In this document: one piece after another, positions 1-9,725 of the stretch
Layout of the letters: every line of letters begins with the position of its first letter
Position numbering within the stretch: the first letter of the stretch is position 1
Source of the DNA: Acetofilamentum sp.
Lineage (GTDB): Bacteria; Bacteroidota; Bacteroidia; Bacteroidales; JAADGE01
Reading direction: 5' to 3'
Assembly (NCBI GenBank): GCA_020720665.1
Contig: DYOF01000003.1
Location: forward strand, 1 to 61,820
DNA length: 61,820 bases
The notes under the pieces: model-generated
Database searches by the model: none
Seen by the model: only the letters and a program-made list of their open reading frames with translations
Told to the model about the DNA's origin: nothing
Program-made: the position numbers and the translations under genes

Positions 1-1
1 A

Positions 2-70
2 AATGAGCCTCTTTTATTCACTAAAAGTAAACCGGCAAAAAAAATAATTGTAAAGCATATTCAGGATTAA
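2..70 (+). CDS. possible 3' end of a gene entering from the left edge (...NEPLLFTKSKPAKKIIVKHIQD*)
   Basis: Open frame from the window edge to TAA at 68-70, followed by a bidirectional-looking terminator at 149-184; too short to identify. Confidence 0.3.
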   Translation, partial: NEPLLFTKSKPAKKIIVKHIQD

Positions 71-148
71 ATTAAAAGTGTAAACTTTTTTTAGGACGAG
101 ACAGTAAGAATTATTCAAATTGTATCTTTGACTTATTGAAAAACAGAT

Positions 149-184
149 AAAAAAGCCGGTGATGTTTAAAGTCCCGGCTTTTTT
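149..184. terminator. intrinsic terminator, probably bidirectional
   Basis: AAAAAAGCCGG(149-159)...CCGGCTTTTTT(174-184) inverted repeat, just past the stop of the 191-355 small ORF. Confidence 0.75.
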
Positions 185-190
185 ATACGA

Positions 191-355
191 TTACGAATGT
201 CCCTTTACAACAATTCGCATCACTTTAAAATTCAGCCAAAAGAATGTGAAAATTTGTTTGCTCAGGCACATTCTTAAAAACTTTACAAATTTTGTCGGCT
301 CGGTGCCGTATGATATATTGCTGTAGGGTACTGTAGTTGTTTTTCCTTTTCCCAT
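191..355 (-). CDS. 54-aa small basic/amphipathic protein downstream of SQR (not in ORF track)
   Basis: Hand translation MGKGKTTTVPYSNISYGTEPTKFVKFLRMCLSKQIFTFFWLNFKVMRIVVKGHS*; ATG 52 nt after the sqr stop, same strand, terminator directly after its stop. Confidence 0.7.
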   Translation of the reverse strand: MGKGKTTTVPYSNISYGTEPTKFVKFLRMCLSKQIFTFFWLNFKVMRIVVKGHS

Positions 356-407
356 GATAATTATTTTACAAGTTTAAGATTATGAATATTATAAATTATA
401 TTCTTTT

Positions 408-1865
408 TTATTCAGGTATTAATGCCCAGCCGGCTTTGGCTTTGGCTTTATATAAAAACATATAGTGCATAAATAATTTCATCCAATGTCCGGCAGAACC
501 CACCACACCTACGGTGTCTTTTAGGTTGCGACCCCATTTCGGATATTTTTCCCAGTCGGGTACAATCGGATTAACCGTCATTACGGCTGCTTGTCCTTTT
601 ATAAATCCGTAACCGGCAGATACAATGCAAGCCGCACCCATTTTAACCATAGATGCTTTATGCGGGTGATCGTTTTTTCCGGTTTTTATCCTATGGGCTA
701 CGTTTTGAGCCACAATTTTTCCGATAACACCTGACGGCATACCGGTTCGAGGCGGAGTCGGATAAATTTTTGTTCCGTTAGGGCTTTCCATTGGTTTAGA
801 AATTGCGTGGGGCGGTGCAAATGCAATGCCTGCTGCATACACATTATCGTATTTAGGGTTTTGGTAGATTGAGGGCCAATCAGAAGACTTCCACTCTTCA
901 TAAGGCTTTGTTGTATAGTCGGCATCAACTTTCATCATTCCGTTGGCAGCAAATACTTCTGTAGTGATATCCGACCCTTCCTTATTGAATGCTTTCATAC
1001 CGGCACCTGCAAATCCGGGAATTAACATGGCATAATCAAAGGTTTTGGAATGAAATTCTCCGTCTAAATTTTCATAATGAGCCACTCCTTGCTCTACTTT
1101 TGTAACTCCTGCTCTTTTAATCCATTGTATGCCGTATTCTTTTAAAATAGATTCTGTAAATATTTTAGTCGGTGTTATGTAGCCGTTACGTTTAATATAA
1201 GCACCTCCCATACCGAAATCGCCCAATTCATATTCGTTGGAAATCCACCAAATATCGGCCAAATGATTTAATTTTCGCTTATTTACTTCAAACGCAATAT
1301 TTAAAGCATATTCAAATGCTGCACCCTGACAGGTTGCCAAAGGATGACCGGTGCCTATCAGAAAACTTTGCTTTTCACCTTTTTCCAATTTTTCTAATGA
1401 ATTTTGAAGATTCTTCCATGCGTGAGCCGCATGATCATAGGTACAAACCGAGTTTGTGAATTTATCGGGACCTAATCCTTCAGTTGCCGCAAAATTCAAC
1501 TTCGGACCTGTTGCATTAATTAAATAGTCATATTCCACTTTTTCTTCTGTGCCTTCTTGTTCGCCCGTTACATATTTAACCGTAACAAAAGCTTTTTGCC
1601 TTTCGGAATCTCCTTCCGGATGAATGGATAGTGCTAATGCCTGCTTATAAATAATGCCTTGTTTTTTATAAACCGGTGCTAATTTAAAAATAACCTGCTC
1701 GGGTTTCATCAAACCTACTCCCACCCAAATATTAGACGGAACCCATTGATAATTACTATTCGGGCTGACAACAATTACTTCGTGTTGTTTTTTCAGAATT
1801 CGTTTTGCATACAGAGCAGCTGTATGTCCGGCAATTCCGGCACCGAGAACAAGAACTTTTGCCAT
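408..1865 (-). CDS. sqr: sulfide:quinone oxidoreductase-like FAD-dependent oxidoreductase
   Basis: GAGIAG FAD-binding motif, WVPSNIWVGVG, ATGPKL, cysteines in SVCTYDH, TCQGAAFE and ACIVSAG, PRTG motif, amphipathic C-terminal helix. Confidence 0.8.
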   Translation of the reverse strand: MAKVLVLGAGIAGHTAALYAKRILKKQHEVIVVSPNSNYQWVPSNIWVGVGLMKPEQVIFKLAPVYKKQGIIYKQALALSIHPEGDSERQKAFVTVKYVTGEQEGTEEKVEYDYLINATGPKLNFAATEGLGPDKFTNSVCTYDHAAHAWKNLQNSLEKLEKGEKQSFLIGTGHPLATCQGAAFEYALNIAFEVNKRKLNHLADIWWISNEYELGDFGMGGAYIKRNGYITPTKIFTESILKEYGIQWIKRAGVTKVEQGVAHYENLDGEFHSKTFDYAMLIPGFAGAGMKAFNKEGSDITTEVFAANGMMKVDADYTTKPYEEWKSSDWPSIYQNPKYDNVYAAGIAFAPPHAISKPMESPNGTKIYPTPPRTGMPSGVIGKIVAQNVAHRIKTGKNDHPHKASMVKMGAACIVSAGYGFIKGQAAVMTVNPIVPDWEKYPKWGRNLKDTVGVVGSAGHWMKLFMHYMFLYKAKAKAGWALIPE

Positions 1866-1906
1866 AGAGTTTTAATTATATGAATAGATGAGTGTGTTAT
1901 AAAACA

Positions 1907-1914
1907 CAAAGTTA
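1907..1914 (-). promoter_or_regulatory. Bacteroidota -7 promoter element (TAACTTTG) for sqr
   Basis: Matches TAnnTTTG about 42 nt upstream of the ATG. Confidence 0.55.
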
Positions 1915-1988
1915 TAAAAGTTTTAAAATAAGACAAAAAAATCTTTTATTTCCGGCACGTGTTGTATTTTTCTTATTATCAATTTGTT

Positions 1989-3503
1989 TTAATTAAAAAG
2001 CCACCCGAAATTTTCTTTACTGACAACAAACATTTGCATATAATCATATTTGTCAGATAATTTATTAAACTGACTGTCGGAATCTGCGACATCTAAAAAA
2101 ATTATTTTCCCGTCAATTTCGGCTTTTGCGATAACTGATGTAAATTGGTTTATTAATGCCGCATTTCTGTCAACAGGTTCACGCGATTTAATATTCACCA
2201 AAACCGGTGTAACATTTATTTCGGCTCTTTTAAGCAGGTACATAAAAACAAAGTTCATTTCTGCACTACTGCCGGTACCTTTTTCAAAATAAAGACCTAA
2301 ATTATTATATTTAACAGAATGATCGATTTTTCCGTAGATTTTTTTCAGCAAACCATCCGAGACATCTGAAAATAATGAATATTCATTATTCCACTTCATG
2401 TTTGACCTTACGGTATTATAAATTGCTTCGGCTTTTTCTGTTTCATTCATTTCGGGGTTTATATTTGCTTGAAGCAAGGAGTCGCAATTCCAATATTTTA
2501 TGAGAGCTAAACCAAATTTCTCATCATTGAGCAAACGCGTATTCAGTTCTGACCAATCGGGTAAATAATAGATGATGTAGGCGGCAGGATAATTCAACAT
2601 TTTTCGTTGTCCCGGTGTTCGTTGCTCATAATCGGGATAGCTTGTTATCATTAATGAACGGCTTAATCTTTCCCACGCATAATTTTCGGGGATTGTTTTT
2701 AGTCGCTTTAAATATATATTAATTTTTTCAGCTTCGTTTTTATTTTTCATTACAGGCATATTTTGATTAACAAAACGATATTCGGTACCCGATAAATCGA
2801 TTACAGACGTGTAAATTCTTTGATAAATTCTGAATTGATATGCCAGAGAACGATTGTAAAACGATGAATCACGAACACTTAATACATCCGTATTTTTTAG
2901 GGAGAAAATATATTTAAAATTATTCGGAACGGCTGCTCTAAATTCACTGTAAATTACCGGTAATTCATTTTCAAAATACCATGGTTCCGGTTTAAGCATT
3001 GTTAAGGTCGGTGTAAGCAAAATAAATTCCAAAATTGAACCGACTTTGGCATCAGGAAATTCAAATTCGGCAATTTTGGTACAATTAAGGGTATCTCTGA
3101 TTTTAACTGCTTTGTTTTTCAGTTTTATAATTGTTTCTTCACCGGATTTATCGAAATTATGAGTAACGGCTTTCAAGCTGTATGACAATTCGCCAAAAAA
3201 TTGTTCGCAATGCATATCATGAAAAGAAAATGTTTGTTTGGCATATTTTAAACCTTCTTCGTTTAAAATTTTTATTCTGACATGTCTTTTCCTGATTAAA
3301 AACAGATGTTCGCCGTTAGGGTTTGTATCAAAATACATTTGACCGTAATCGTATAAAATAACCGCCGGAAAATCAGGATTTTCATTATATGATTTCAGCT
3401 CAATTTCTTCTTTTGAAAGTTCTTTCCATTTAATAGGGTCCTTTTGAGCGAATACAGAAATACTTATTGTAAACAAAACCCAAAAGATTATTTGTGTTTT
3501 CAT
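1989..3503 (-). CDS. exported DUF3857 / transglutaminase-like domain protein
   Basis: Signal peptide; AVILYDYG, RIKILNEEG, FPDAKVGSILE, PWYF, LPVIYSEF motifs; transglutaminase-like core lacking the catalytic Cys (GSSAEMN). Confidence 0.75.
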   Translation of the reverse strand: MKTQIIFWVLFTISISVFAQKDPIKWKELSKEEIELKSYNENPDFPAVILYDYGQMYFDTNPNGEHLFLIRKRHVRIKILNEEGLKYAKQTFSFHDMHCEQFFGELSYSLKAVTHNFDKSGEETIIKLKNKAVKIRDTLNCTKIAEFEFPDAKVGSILEFILLTPTLTMLKPEPWYFENELPVIYSEFRAAVPNNFKYIFSLKNTDVLSVRDSSFYNRSLAYQFRIYQRIYTSVIDLSGTEYRFVNQNMPVMKNKNEAEKINIYLKRLKTIPENYAWERLSRSLMITSYPDYEQRTPGQRKMLNYPAAYIIYYLPDWSELNTRLLNDEKFGLALIKYWNCDSLLQANINPEMNETEKAEAIYNTVRSNMKWNNEYSLFSDVSDGLLKKIYGKIDHSVKYNNLGLYFEKGTGSSAEMNFVFMYLLKRAEINVTPVLVNIKSREPVDRNAALINQFTSVIAKAEIDGKIIFLDVADSDSQFNKLSDKYDYMQMFVVSKENFGWLFN

Positions 3504-3602
3504 ATTTGCAGGAATTTATGGTTTAATATTATTGTTCAATAATTATACCGAGAAGCTATTTATTGCAAGATAAAATATTATTAATGTCCGTGATAATTTT
3601 TA

Positions 3603-3610
3603 TATTTTTG
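3603..3610 (+). promoter_or_regulatory. -7 promoter element (TATTTTTG) for the SSS transporter
   Basis: TAnnTTTG 16 nt before the ATG. Confidence 0.5.
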
Positions 3611-3626
3611 TAAAAAAATAATCTGT

Positions 3627-5072
3627 ATGAATCCGTTTTTAGTTTTTTCAGTAATTGCTTCTTATTTTACTTTATTAATTATTGTTTCATATTTTACGGG
3701 AAGAAAAGCTGATACGGCTTCATTTTTCACAGCAAATAAACAGTCGCCATGGTATTTAGTGGCTTTCGGAATGATTGGGGCATCACTTTCAGGTGTTACG
3801 TTTATTTCTGTTCCGGGTTGGGTGGGCGACACTAAGTTTTTTTATTTTCAAATGGTGCTGGGTTATTTAGCGGGATATTTTGTTATTGCAACAGTTCTGA
3901 TGCCTATTTATTATAAATTGAACTTAATTACTATTTATACCTATTTGAATCACCGTTTCGGCTTTTATTCATACAAAACAGGTTCGGCTTTTTTTATTTT
4001 ATCGAGAGTTATAGGAGCTTCATTCAGATTATTTTTAGTTGCCGGCGTACTGCAAATCGGGTTTTTTAATGCTTTTCACATTCCGTTTTGGGTTACGGTT
4101 TTAATAACTATTTTATTGATTTGGGTTTATACGTATAAAGCCGGTATTAAAACAATTGTATGGACAGATACTTTACAAACTCTTTTTATGTTATCAGCCG
4201 TTATTGTGACAATTTTCATTATCGGAAAAGAGCTGAACCTCAACTTTTCAGGCATAATAAAAACGGTCAGAGGCAGTGAATTATCAGACATATTTAATTG
4301 GGATTTTAAATCGGATACTAATTTTTTCAAACAATTTATTTCGGGTGCTTTTATAGCAATTGTTATGACGGGATTAGATCAGGATATGATGCAAAAAAAT
4401 TTGACTTGTCGAAATATTAAAGATGCTAAAAAAAATATGTTTTGGTTCAGTATAATTTTAGTTCCTGTTAATTTATTATTTTTATCGTTGGGTGTATTAT
4501 TATATGTATTTGCAGCACAAAAGGGAATTGAACTTCCGTTAAAAACTGACGATTTGTTTCCTATGCTTGCGATGAATCATTTTTCAATTTTTGCCGGAAT
4601 TGTATTTTTGCTCGGAATTACTGCTGCCGCATTTTCCAGTGCAGATTCTGCTTTAACGGCATTAACAACCTCTTTCAGTATCGATTTTTTAAATTTGGAT
4701 GTTCAATCGGATAATAAAAAAAGTAACCAAATAAAAAAGTTGGTTCATTTGGGCTTTTCTTTTTTGCTTTTTTGTGTTATATTAATTTTTGAAACAATTA
4801 ATGACAAAAGCGTTGTTTCTGCTGTTTTTACGGCAGCCGGTTATACTTACGGTCCGATATTGGGCTTGTTTGCATTTGCATTGATAAGCAAACGCAGAGT
4901 CAGAGATTCTTTTGTTCCGTACATCGCTGTTGCTTCACCGATAATTGTTTTTTTAATTAACCGCTATTCAGAAGATTTATTGTTTGGCTATAAATTTGGT
5001 TTCGAGCTTTTGATTGTTAACGGGGCATTAATGTTTTTAGGATTATTATTGATTTCGAATAAAAAATTATAA
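3627..5072 (+). CDS. sodium:solute symporter (SSS family)
   Basis: About 13 hydrophobic segments; SGVTFISVPG, WTDTLQ, GLDQDMMQKNLTC, AAAFSSADSAL. Confidence 0.9.
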   Translation: MNPFLVFSVIASYFTLLIIVSYFTGRKADTASFFTANKQSPWYLVAFGMIGASLSGVTFISVPGWVGDTKFFYFQMVLGYLAGYFVIATVLMPIYYKLNLITIYTYLNHRFGFYSYKTGSAFFILSRVIGASFRLFLVAGVLQIGFFNAFHIPFWVTVLITILLIWVYTYKAGIKTIVWTDTLQTLFMLSAVIVTIFIIGKELNLNFSGIIKTVRGSELSDIFNWDFKSDTNFFKQFISGAFIAIVMTGLDQDMMQKNLTCRNIKDAKKNMFWFSIILVPVNLLFLSLGVLLYVFAAQKGIELPLKTDDLFPMLAMNHFSIFAGIVFLLGITAAAFSSADSALTALTTSFSIDFLNLDVQSDNKKSNQIKKLVHLGFSFLLFCVILIFETINDKSVVSAVFTAAGYTYGPILGLFAFALISKRRVRDSFVPYIAVASPIIVFLINRYSEDLLFGYKFGFELLIVNGALMFLGLLLISNKKL

Positions 5073-8000
5073 TTTATTATGGGTATGAATTCTTATTCCC
5101 ATAACTAAAATGTCGTCAACCTGCTCTGACTGTCCTCTCCATGAATTAATAACTCGCTTTAAAACATTTTTTTGTTCATCAACCGGTTTTTTATAATTAT
5201 TAAGTAATAAGTGTCTAAAGCGTCTGAATTTAAATTTCTTTTCATCCGGTCCGCCGAATTGATCAACATATCCGTCAGAGAATATGTATATCATATCATT
5301 ATCTTTTACCTCTATAACATGGTTTGTATATTCACCGATATTATTATTTGCAGGAGAAACCGAGAAACGATTGCCTTTTACTTCAAGAATATTATCGTCT
5401 CTGATTAAAAATAATTGGTTAATTGCTCCGGCAAATTCAATTGAATTATTATATTTATGAATGGCTATAATACTAATGTCCATTCCGTCTTTCATTTCAT
5501 CTTTCAAACCATCTTTTCGAAAAATTGCCGATACATCTTTGTTTAACTTATTAAGGATTTTGCCCGGTGTATCAATTCCTTCATTAATAATATTTCTTAA
5601 AATATCGAGTCCGATAATTGACATAAACGCACCGGGAACTCCGTGTCCGGTGCAATCAACGGCTGCGACAAAGACCTTATCGAAACTATCATCAACCCAA
5701 TAAAAATCGCCGCTGACAATATCTTTCGACATAAATAAAATGAAAGAATCAGGGATAAGAGTTTTTATAAATTTTCCGGTCGGCAACATGGCATCAATAA
5801 TTCTTGAAGCATATCTCATACTTTCAGAAATACTGTTATTTTTTACGGACAATAGTTCTTTTTGTTTTTCAATTTCTTTTGCAACAATTTGTTTTTCATT
5901 GAGAATTTTATTTTCTCTTCGGATTTCTCTATTATATAAAACGATAGCAATAATTATAAAAATTGCTCCTATAATACCATAAAAAATATATGCAGGAGTT
6001 GTTCGCCACCAAACTGCCGATATATGAACTTTTAAAACTGTAGCCGTATTATTCCATTGGTTACCACTGTTAGCACCGATGATTTCAAACGTATAGTCTC
6101 CGGGTGCCATTTGGAAAAAACTTATAGAGTTTTGTACGTCTAAATCAATCCATTTATTATTTGCTTCTAAAATTCGATATTTAAAAACGTTTTTATCAGG
6201 ATGTGTGTATTCGGGAACTGCAAAATGGATATCGAAGCTGCATTCTTTATGCGTTAAAAAAACTTCATTTTCTTTTCCGATAAGTATTTCTTCTTTTCCG
6301 TTTTGGGTTGTTTTTATAAATTTGGTTATAATCGGTTGCGGGGCATAATTATTCTTTTTTAATGAAGTTATATTTATTGAATTTAAACCGTTTAAACCTC
6401 CCCAAAATATTTCGTCTAAAGCATCATTAACATACACAGCTCCGATATTATATTCAAATCCTTGTAAATTATCTTCTTCGGCATAATTAATAACTTGTTC
6501 GGTTTTGGGGTTAAATTTTAAAATTCCTTTATTCGTACTTAACCATAAATTTTTATCTTTATCTTCGGTTATTGTATAAATAAAATCGTTACTGAAACCA
6601 TGGCTTTGGGAAGTATAGTATTTAAATGAATCTTTTTCTTGAATATATTTGTTTAAGCCGGTTCCTGTTCCTATCCAAAGGGTTTGATCTGAGCTTTCAA
6701 AAAGAGTAAGTACAGAATTATCGCTTATGGTTCTGTGGTCTTTTGTATAGTTTTTAAATGTTTTTGTTTGGGGTTCAAATTTACTCAGCCCGTATAATGT
6801 AGCAACCCAAATTTCACCGTTTCGTCTTTTAACTGTTTTAAAAACATCATTTGCAACAATACTATTTATTGTTCCGTCCTTTTTAAATGCTGTAATAATA
6901 CGGTTTTCATAGAGCAACAAACCGTTTAGAGTTGAAAACCAAATTTTATTTCCGTCAAATAAAATGCTTGAAATACGGTTGTTAATAAAAAACTTGTCAA
7001 CATTTTTATTGATATAATCTGAAAAAGTGATAAAGCTATTTTTTGCTATATTGAATATTACAGCACCATTATTTGTTCCTATCCAAATATTACCTTTTTT
7101 ATCAGGAACGATACAATGAATATTATCATCAGGTAACGGTGAGTTATTTTTATTAAACACTTTAACAGAGTTCGTCTTCCTGTCAAAAATATTCAATCCG
7201 AATCCTCTTGTTCCCAACCATAACAATTTTGATTTTGGATTACAATAAATTGAATAAATACTGTTTGAACTAAATTGGATGTTGTTGTTTTTATCTTTTC
7301 GATATAAATTAAAATCTTTTTTTTTGGAATCTATCTTAAAAATACCGTAATCCGAACTTATCCATAAAATACCGGATTTATCTTCAAAAATGTTAGAAAT
7401 ATTTCCTATTTCTGCCTCGGTAGTCAAATAATTTTCTAAGTGAAACGGTATAATTTTACTTTCATCGTTTTTCAAATACATTAATCCGTATTTTGTTCCT
7501 ATCCAAACGACATTTTGTTTGTCTTTATAAATAGAGCGAACTTCTGAAATCCTGACACTTGACTTTATTGATTTAAATTGATTTGTTTTCGAATTAAATA
7601 CAAAAACACCGGTTTTCCCGCCGACCCATATAATTGAATCGTTTTCTAAAAAAACACAAAATACTTCATTGTTAATATCTTGTTTATCAAACTTGAAACG
7701 TTCAAATTGTTTATTACGACTGTTAAATCGAACCATTCCGTTACTTGAACCTGTCCAAAAATCATGGTTTTTATCTTCTGAAATCGTAAAAAAGTTATAA
7801 TCGCTGATATGGTCGTCATTTTCATTTTCTTGTCTGAATTCAAGAAATTCTTCATCTTTTGGTGTATATTTAATTATCCCGTTTACGGTTCTGAGCCATA
7901 AAATACCGGTTTCAGATTCATGTACTGCTTTAATGTTTGTAGAATATACTGATTGGGTATAATGCTTATTTTTAATAACTGTAACAAATTCATTCGTCAG

Positions 8001-8336
8001 ATAATTATATTTTTCAATTCCCTCATTTGTTACTAACCACAAAGCAGTATCTTTTGAACCGCAAATATCAGTTATATAATTACTTGATATTGATTTCTCA
8101 TTATTAGGGTCTTGTTTATAGCTTACAAACTCATAGCCGTCAAATCGATTAAGGCCGTCTTGAGTTGCGACCCATATGTATCCGAATTTATCTTGAAAAA
8201 TTTTATTTGCTGAGTTTTGCGACAATCCTTCATTTATAGAATAATGCTCAACGGAATACTGCTCATTTTGAGCAAAAACAGTTTCTGCAAAAAACAATGT
8301 AAGAATAAGAACGTAAAGTTTAACAAACTGAAACAT
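5067..8336 (-). CDS. membrane sensor: periplasmic beta-propeller (Reg_prop) + YYY domain + TM + SpoIIE/PP2C phosphatase
   Basis: Signal peptide, repeated GxIWxGTxxGL blades, PGDYTFEI (YYY), TM helix, SGDFYW, DCTGHGVPGAFMS, DGMD, FSDGYVDQFGG, QVDDI. Confidence 0.9.
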   Translation of the reverse strand: MFQFVKLYVLILTLFFAETVFAQNEQYSVEHYSINEGLSQNSANKIFQDKFGYIWVATQDGLNRFDGYEFVSYKQDPNNEKSISSNYITDICGSKDTALWLVTNEGIEKYNYLTNEFVTVIKNKHYTQSVYSTNIKAVHESETGILWLRTVNGIIKYTPKDEEFLEFRQENENDDHISDYNFFTISEDKNHDFWTGSSNGMVRFNSRNKQFERFKFDKQDINNEVFCVFLENDSIIWVGGKTGVFVFNSKTNQFKSIKSSVRISEVRSIYKDKQNVVWIGTKYGLMYLKNDESKIIPFHLENYLTTEAEIGNISNIFEDKSGILWISSDYGIFKIDSKKKDFNLYRKDKNNNIQFSSNSIYSIYCNPKSKLLWLGTRGFGLNIFDRKTNSVKVFNKNNSPLPDDNIHCIVPDKKGNIWIGTNNGAVIFNIAKNSFITFSDYINKNVDKFFINNRISSILFDGNKIWFSTLNGLLLYENRIITAFKKDGTINSIVANDVFKTVKRRNGEIWVATLYGLSKFEPQTKTFKNYTKDHRTISDNSVLTLFESSDQTLWIGTGTGLNKYIQEKDSFKYYTSQSHGFSNDFIYTITEDKDKNLWLSTNKGILKFNPKTEQVINYAEEDNLQGFEYNIGAVYVNDALDEIFWGGLNGLNSINITSLKKNNYAPQPIITKFIKTTQNGKEEILIGKENEVFLTHKECSFDIHFAVPEYTHPDKNVFKYRILEANNKWIDLDVQNSISFFQMAPGDYTFEIIGANSGNQWNNTATVLKVHISAVWWRTTPAYIFYGIIGAIFIIIAIVLYNREIRRENKILNEKQIVAKEIEKQKELLSVKNNSISESMRYASRIIDAMLPTGKFIKTLIPDSFILFMSKDIVSGDFYWVDDSFDKVFVAAVDCTGHGVPGAFMSIIGLDILRNIINEGIDTPGKILNKLNKDVSAIFRKDGLKDEMKDGMDISIIAIHKYNNSIEFAGAINQLFLIRDDNILEVKGNRFSVSPANNNIGEYTNHVIEVKDNDMIYIFSDGYVDQFGGPDEKKFKFRRFRHLLLNNYKKPVDEQKNVLKRVINSWRGQSEQVDDILVMGIRIHTHNKL

Positions 8337-8354
8337 AAAGCCGATTAATTTATT

Positions 8355-8858
8355 TTATTCAAAAACAACTAAAATTTGATTTTTTTCAACCGTTTTTCCT
8401 TTTTCTGTTTTAACTTCTTTAACTACTGCGTCAAAATCAATTTTAATATTGTTTTCCATTTTCATTGCTTCCAAAATTAATACAAGATCTCCTTTTTTGA
8501 GAATATCTCCGGCGGAAACATTTACCTGTGTAACTAAACCGGGCATTGGTGCTTTAAGGTCTTTTGGTTTTTGATTTGTTTTATTTTTTATTCCTAATTT
8601 TTTTAGAAATTCATCAAGCTCGTCTTCTATGTTCGCTTGATATTTATTTCCGTTCACTTTTAAAGTTACATTCTTTTCATGAGTATTAATATCAAGTACT
8701 TCAATAGTGTATGATTTTAAGTTTCTTATTAAATGATACGTATTGCTGTCAACAGGTAAAACATCTGTTTCAAACGATTTTCCGGATATAACCCCGGAAT
8801 TATTTTTATTGTTTTCAAACTTAATTTCATACTCATTATTGTTAATCCTTGCCTTCAT
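8355..8858 (-). CDS. biotin carboxyl carrier protein (biotinyl domain)
   Basis: APMPG and EAMKMEN biotinylation motif at the C-terminus. Confidence 0.9.
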   Translation of the reverse strand: MKARINNNEYEIKFENNKNNSGVISGKSFETDVLPVDSNTYHLIRNLKSYTIEVLDINTHEKNVTLKVNGNKYQANIEDELDEFLKKLGIKNKTNQKPKDLKAPMPGLVTQVNVSAGDILKKGDLVLILEAMKMENNIKIDFDAVVKEVKTEKGKTVEKNQILVVFE

Positions 8859-8878
8859 TTATATATTTTGTTAATTTA

Positions 8879-9580
8879 TCAGCCTAACTCTGAAATGTTT
8901 TTTAATTTTTTGATATCTAAAAGCTTAATTTTCCTTTTGTCCAAATCTATTATATTTTCTTTTTTTAGCTCCGAAAGTAATCGAATTACTGATTCGGTAG
9001 CTGTTCCTACGATTCCGGCAAGCTCCTCCCTTGTTAAAAAAATATTCAATTCGCCATTTTTATTAATACCGAAATTTTCATTCAAAAGTAATAATATCTC
9101 GGCTAAACGTTCTTTAACATTTTTTTGAGCAATATCGAGTATGTACTGATTGGCATGACCGAGTTCAACACAAGATAATTTAATAACACTCATTGAAAAG
9201 CCGGAATTTTCTTTTACTAATTTAATAAAATGCGATGACGGGATAATACATACCGTACAATCTTCAATAACCTTTGTTGTAGTACAAGCTAAATCTTCCG
9301 ATAAAATTGAGCGAAACCCAAAAATATCGCCTTTTTTGGAAAACCTTATTATTTGTTCTTTTCCGTCATTTCCGGTTTTATAATGCTTAACTATTCCCGA
9401 ATTCACACAATAAACACCATGAACTTTTGTTCTTTCATTATAAATTATTTCTCCTTTTTTATATGAATTACAATTTTTTACATAAGACAAAACATCAGCT
9501 TCATCATTTGTTAAGTTTTTAAAAATCGGATTATTAATAAAACAAAATTCACAAACAGGTGTTTTTTCTTTTTCTATCAT
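8879..9580 (-). CDS. Crp/Fnr family transcriptional regulator
   Basis: cNMP-binding fold (KGEIIY, GDIFG), HTH LTREELAGIVGTATESVIRLLS, N-terminal CEFC; start moved to ATG 9580 because the listed TTG lies inside a TAnnTTTG element (9599-9606). Confidence 0.9.
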   Translation of the reverse strand: MIEKEKTPVCEFCFINNPIFKNLTNDEADVLSYVKNCNSYKKGEIIYNERTKVHGVYCVNSGIVKHYKTGNDGKEQIIRFSKKGDIFGFRSILSEDLACTTTKVIEDCTVCIIPSSHFIKLVKENSGFSMSVIKLSCVELGHANQYILDIAQKNVKERLAEILLLLNENFGINKNGELNIFLTREELAGIVGTATESVIRLLSELKKENIIDLDKRKIKLLDIKKLKNISELG

Positions 9581-9725
9581 ATTTTTTTTATAGAACGACA
9601 AAAATAAAAATTTTAATTTTGTAGGAAATGATATTTTCGGTTATTTTGCAAAAAATAAGATTTATATCATTTTTATAAAACTACCGTAAAATAAAAAACA
9701 ATTACTGAAACTCGAAATATAAAAT

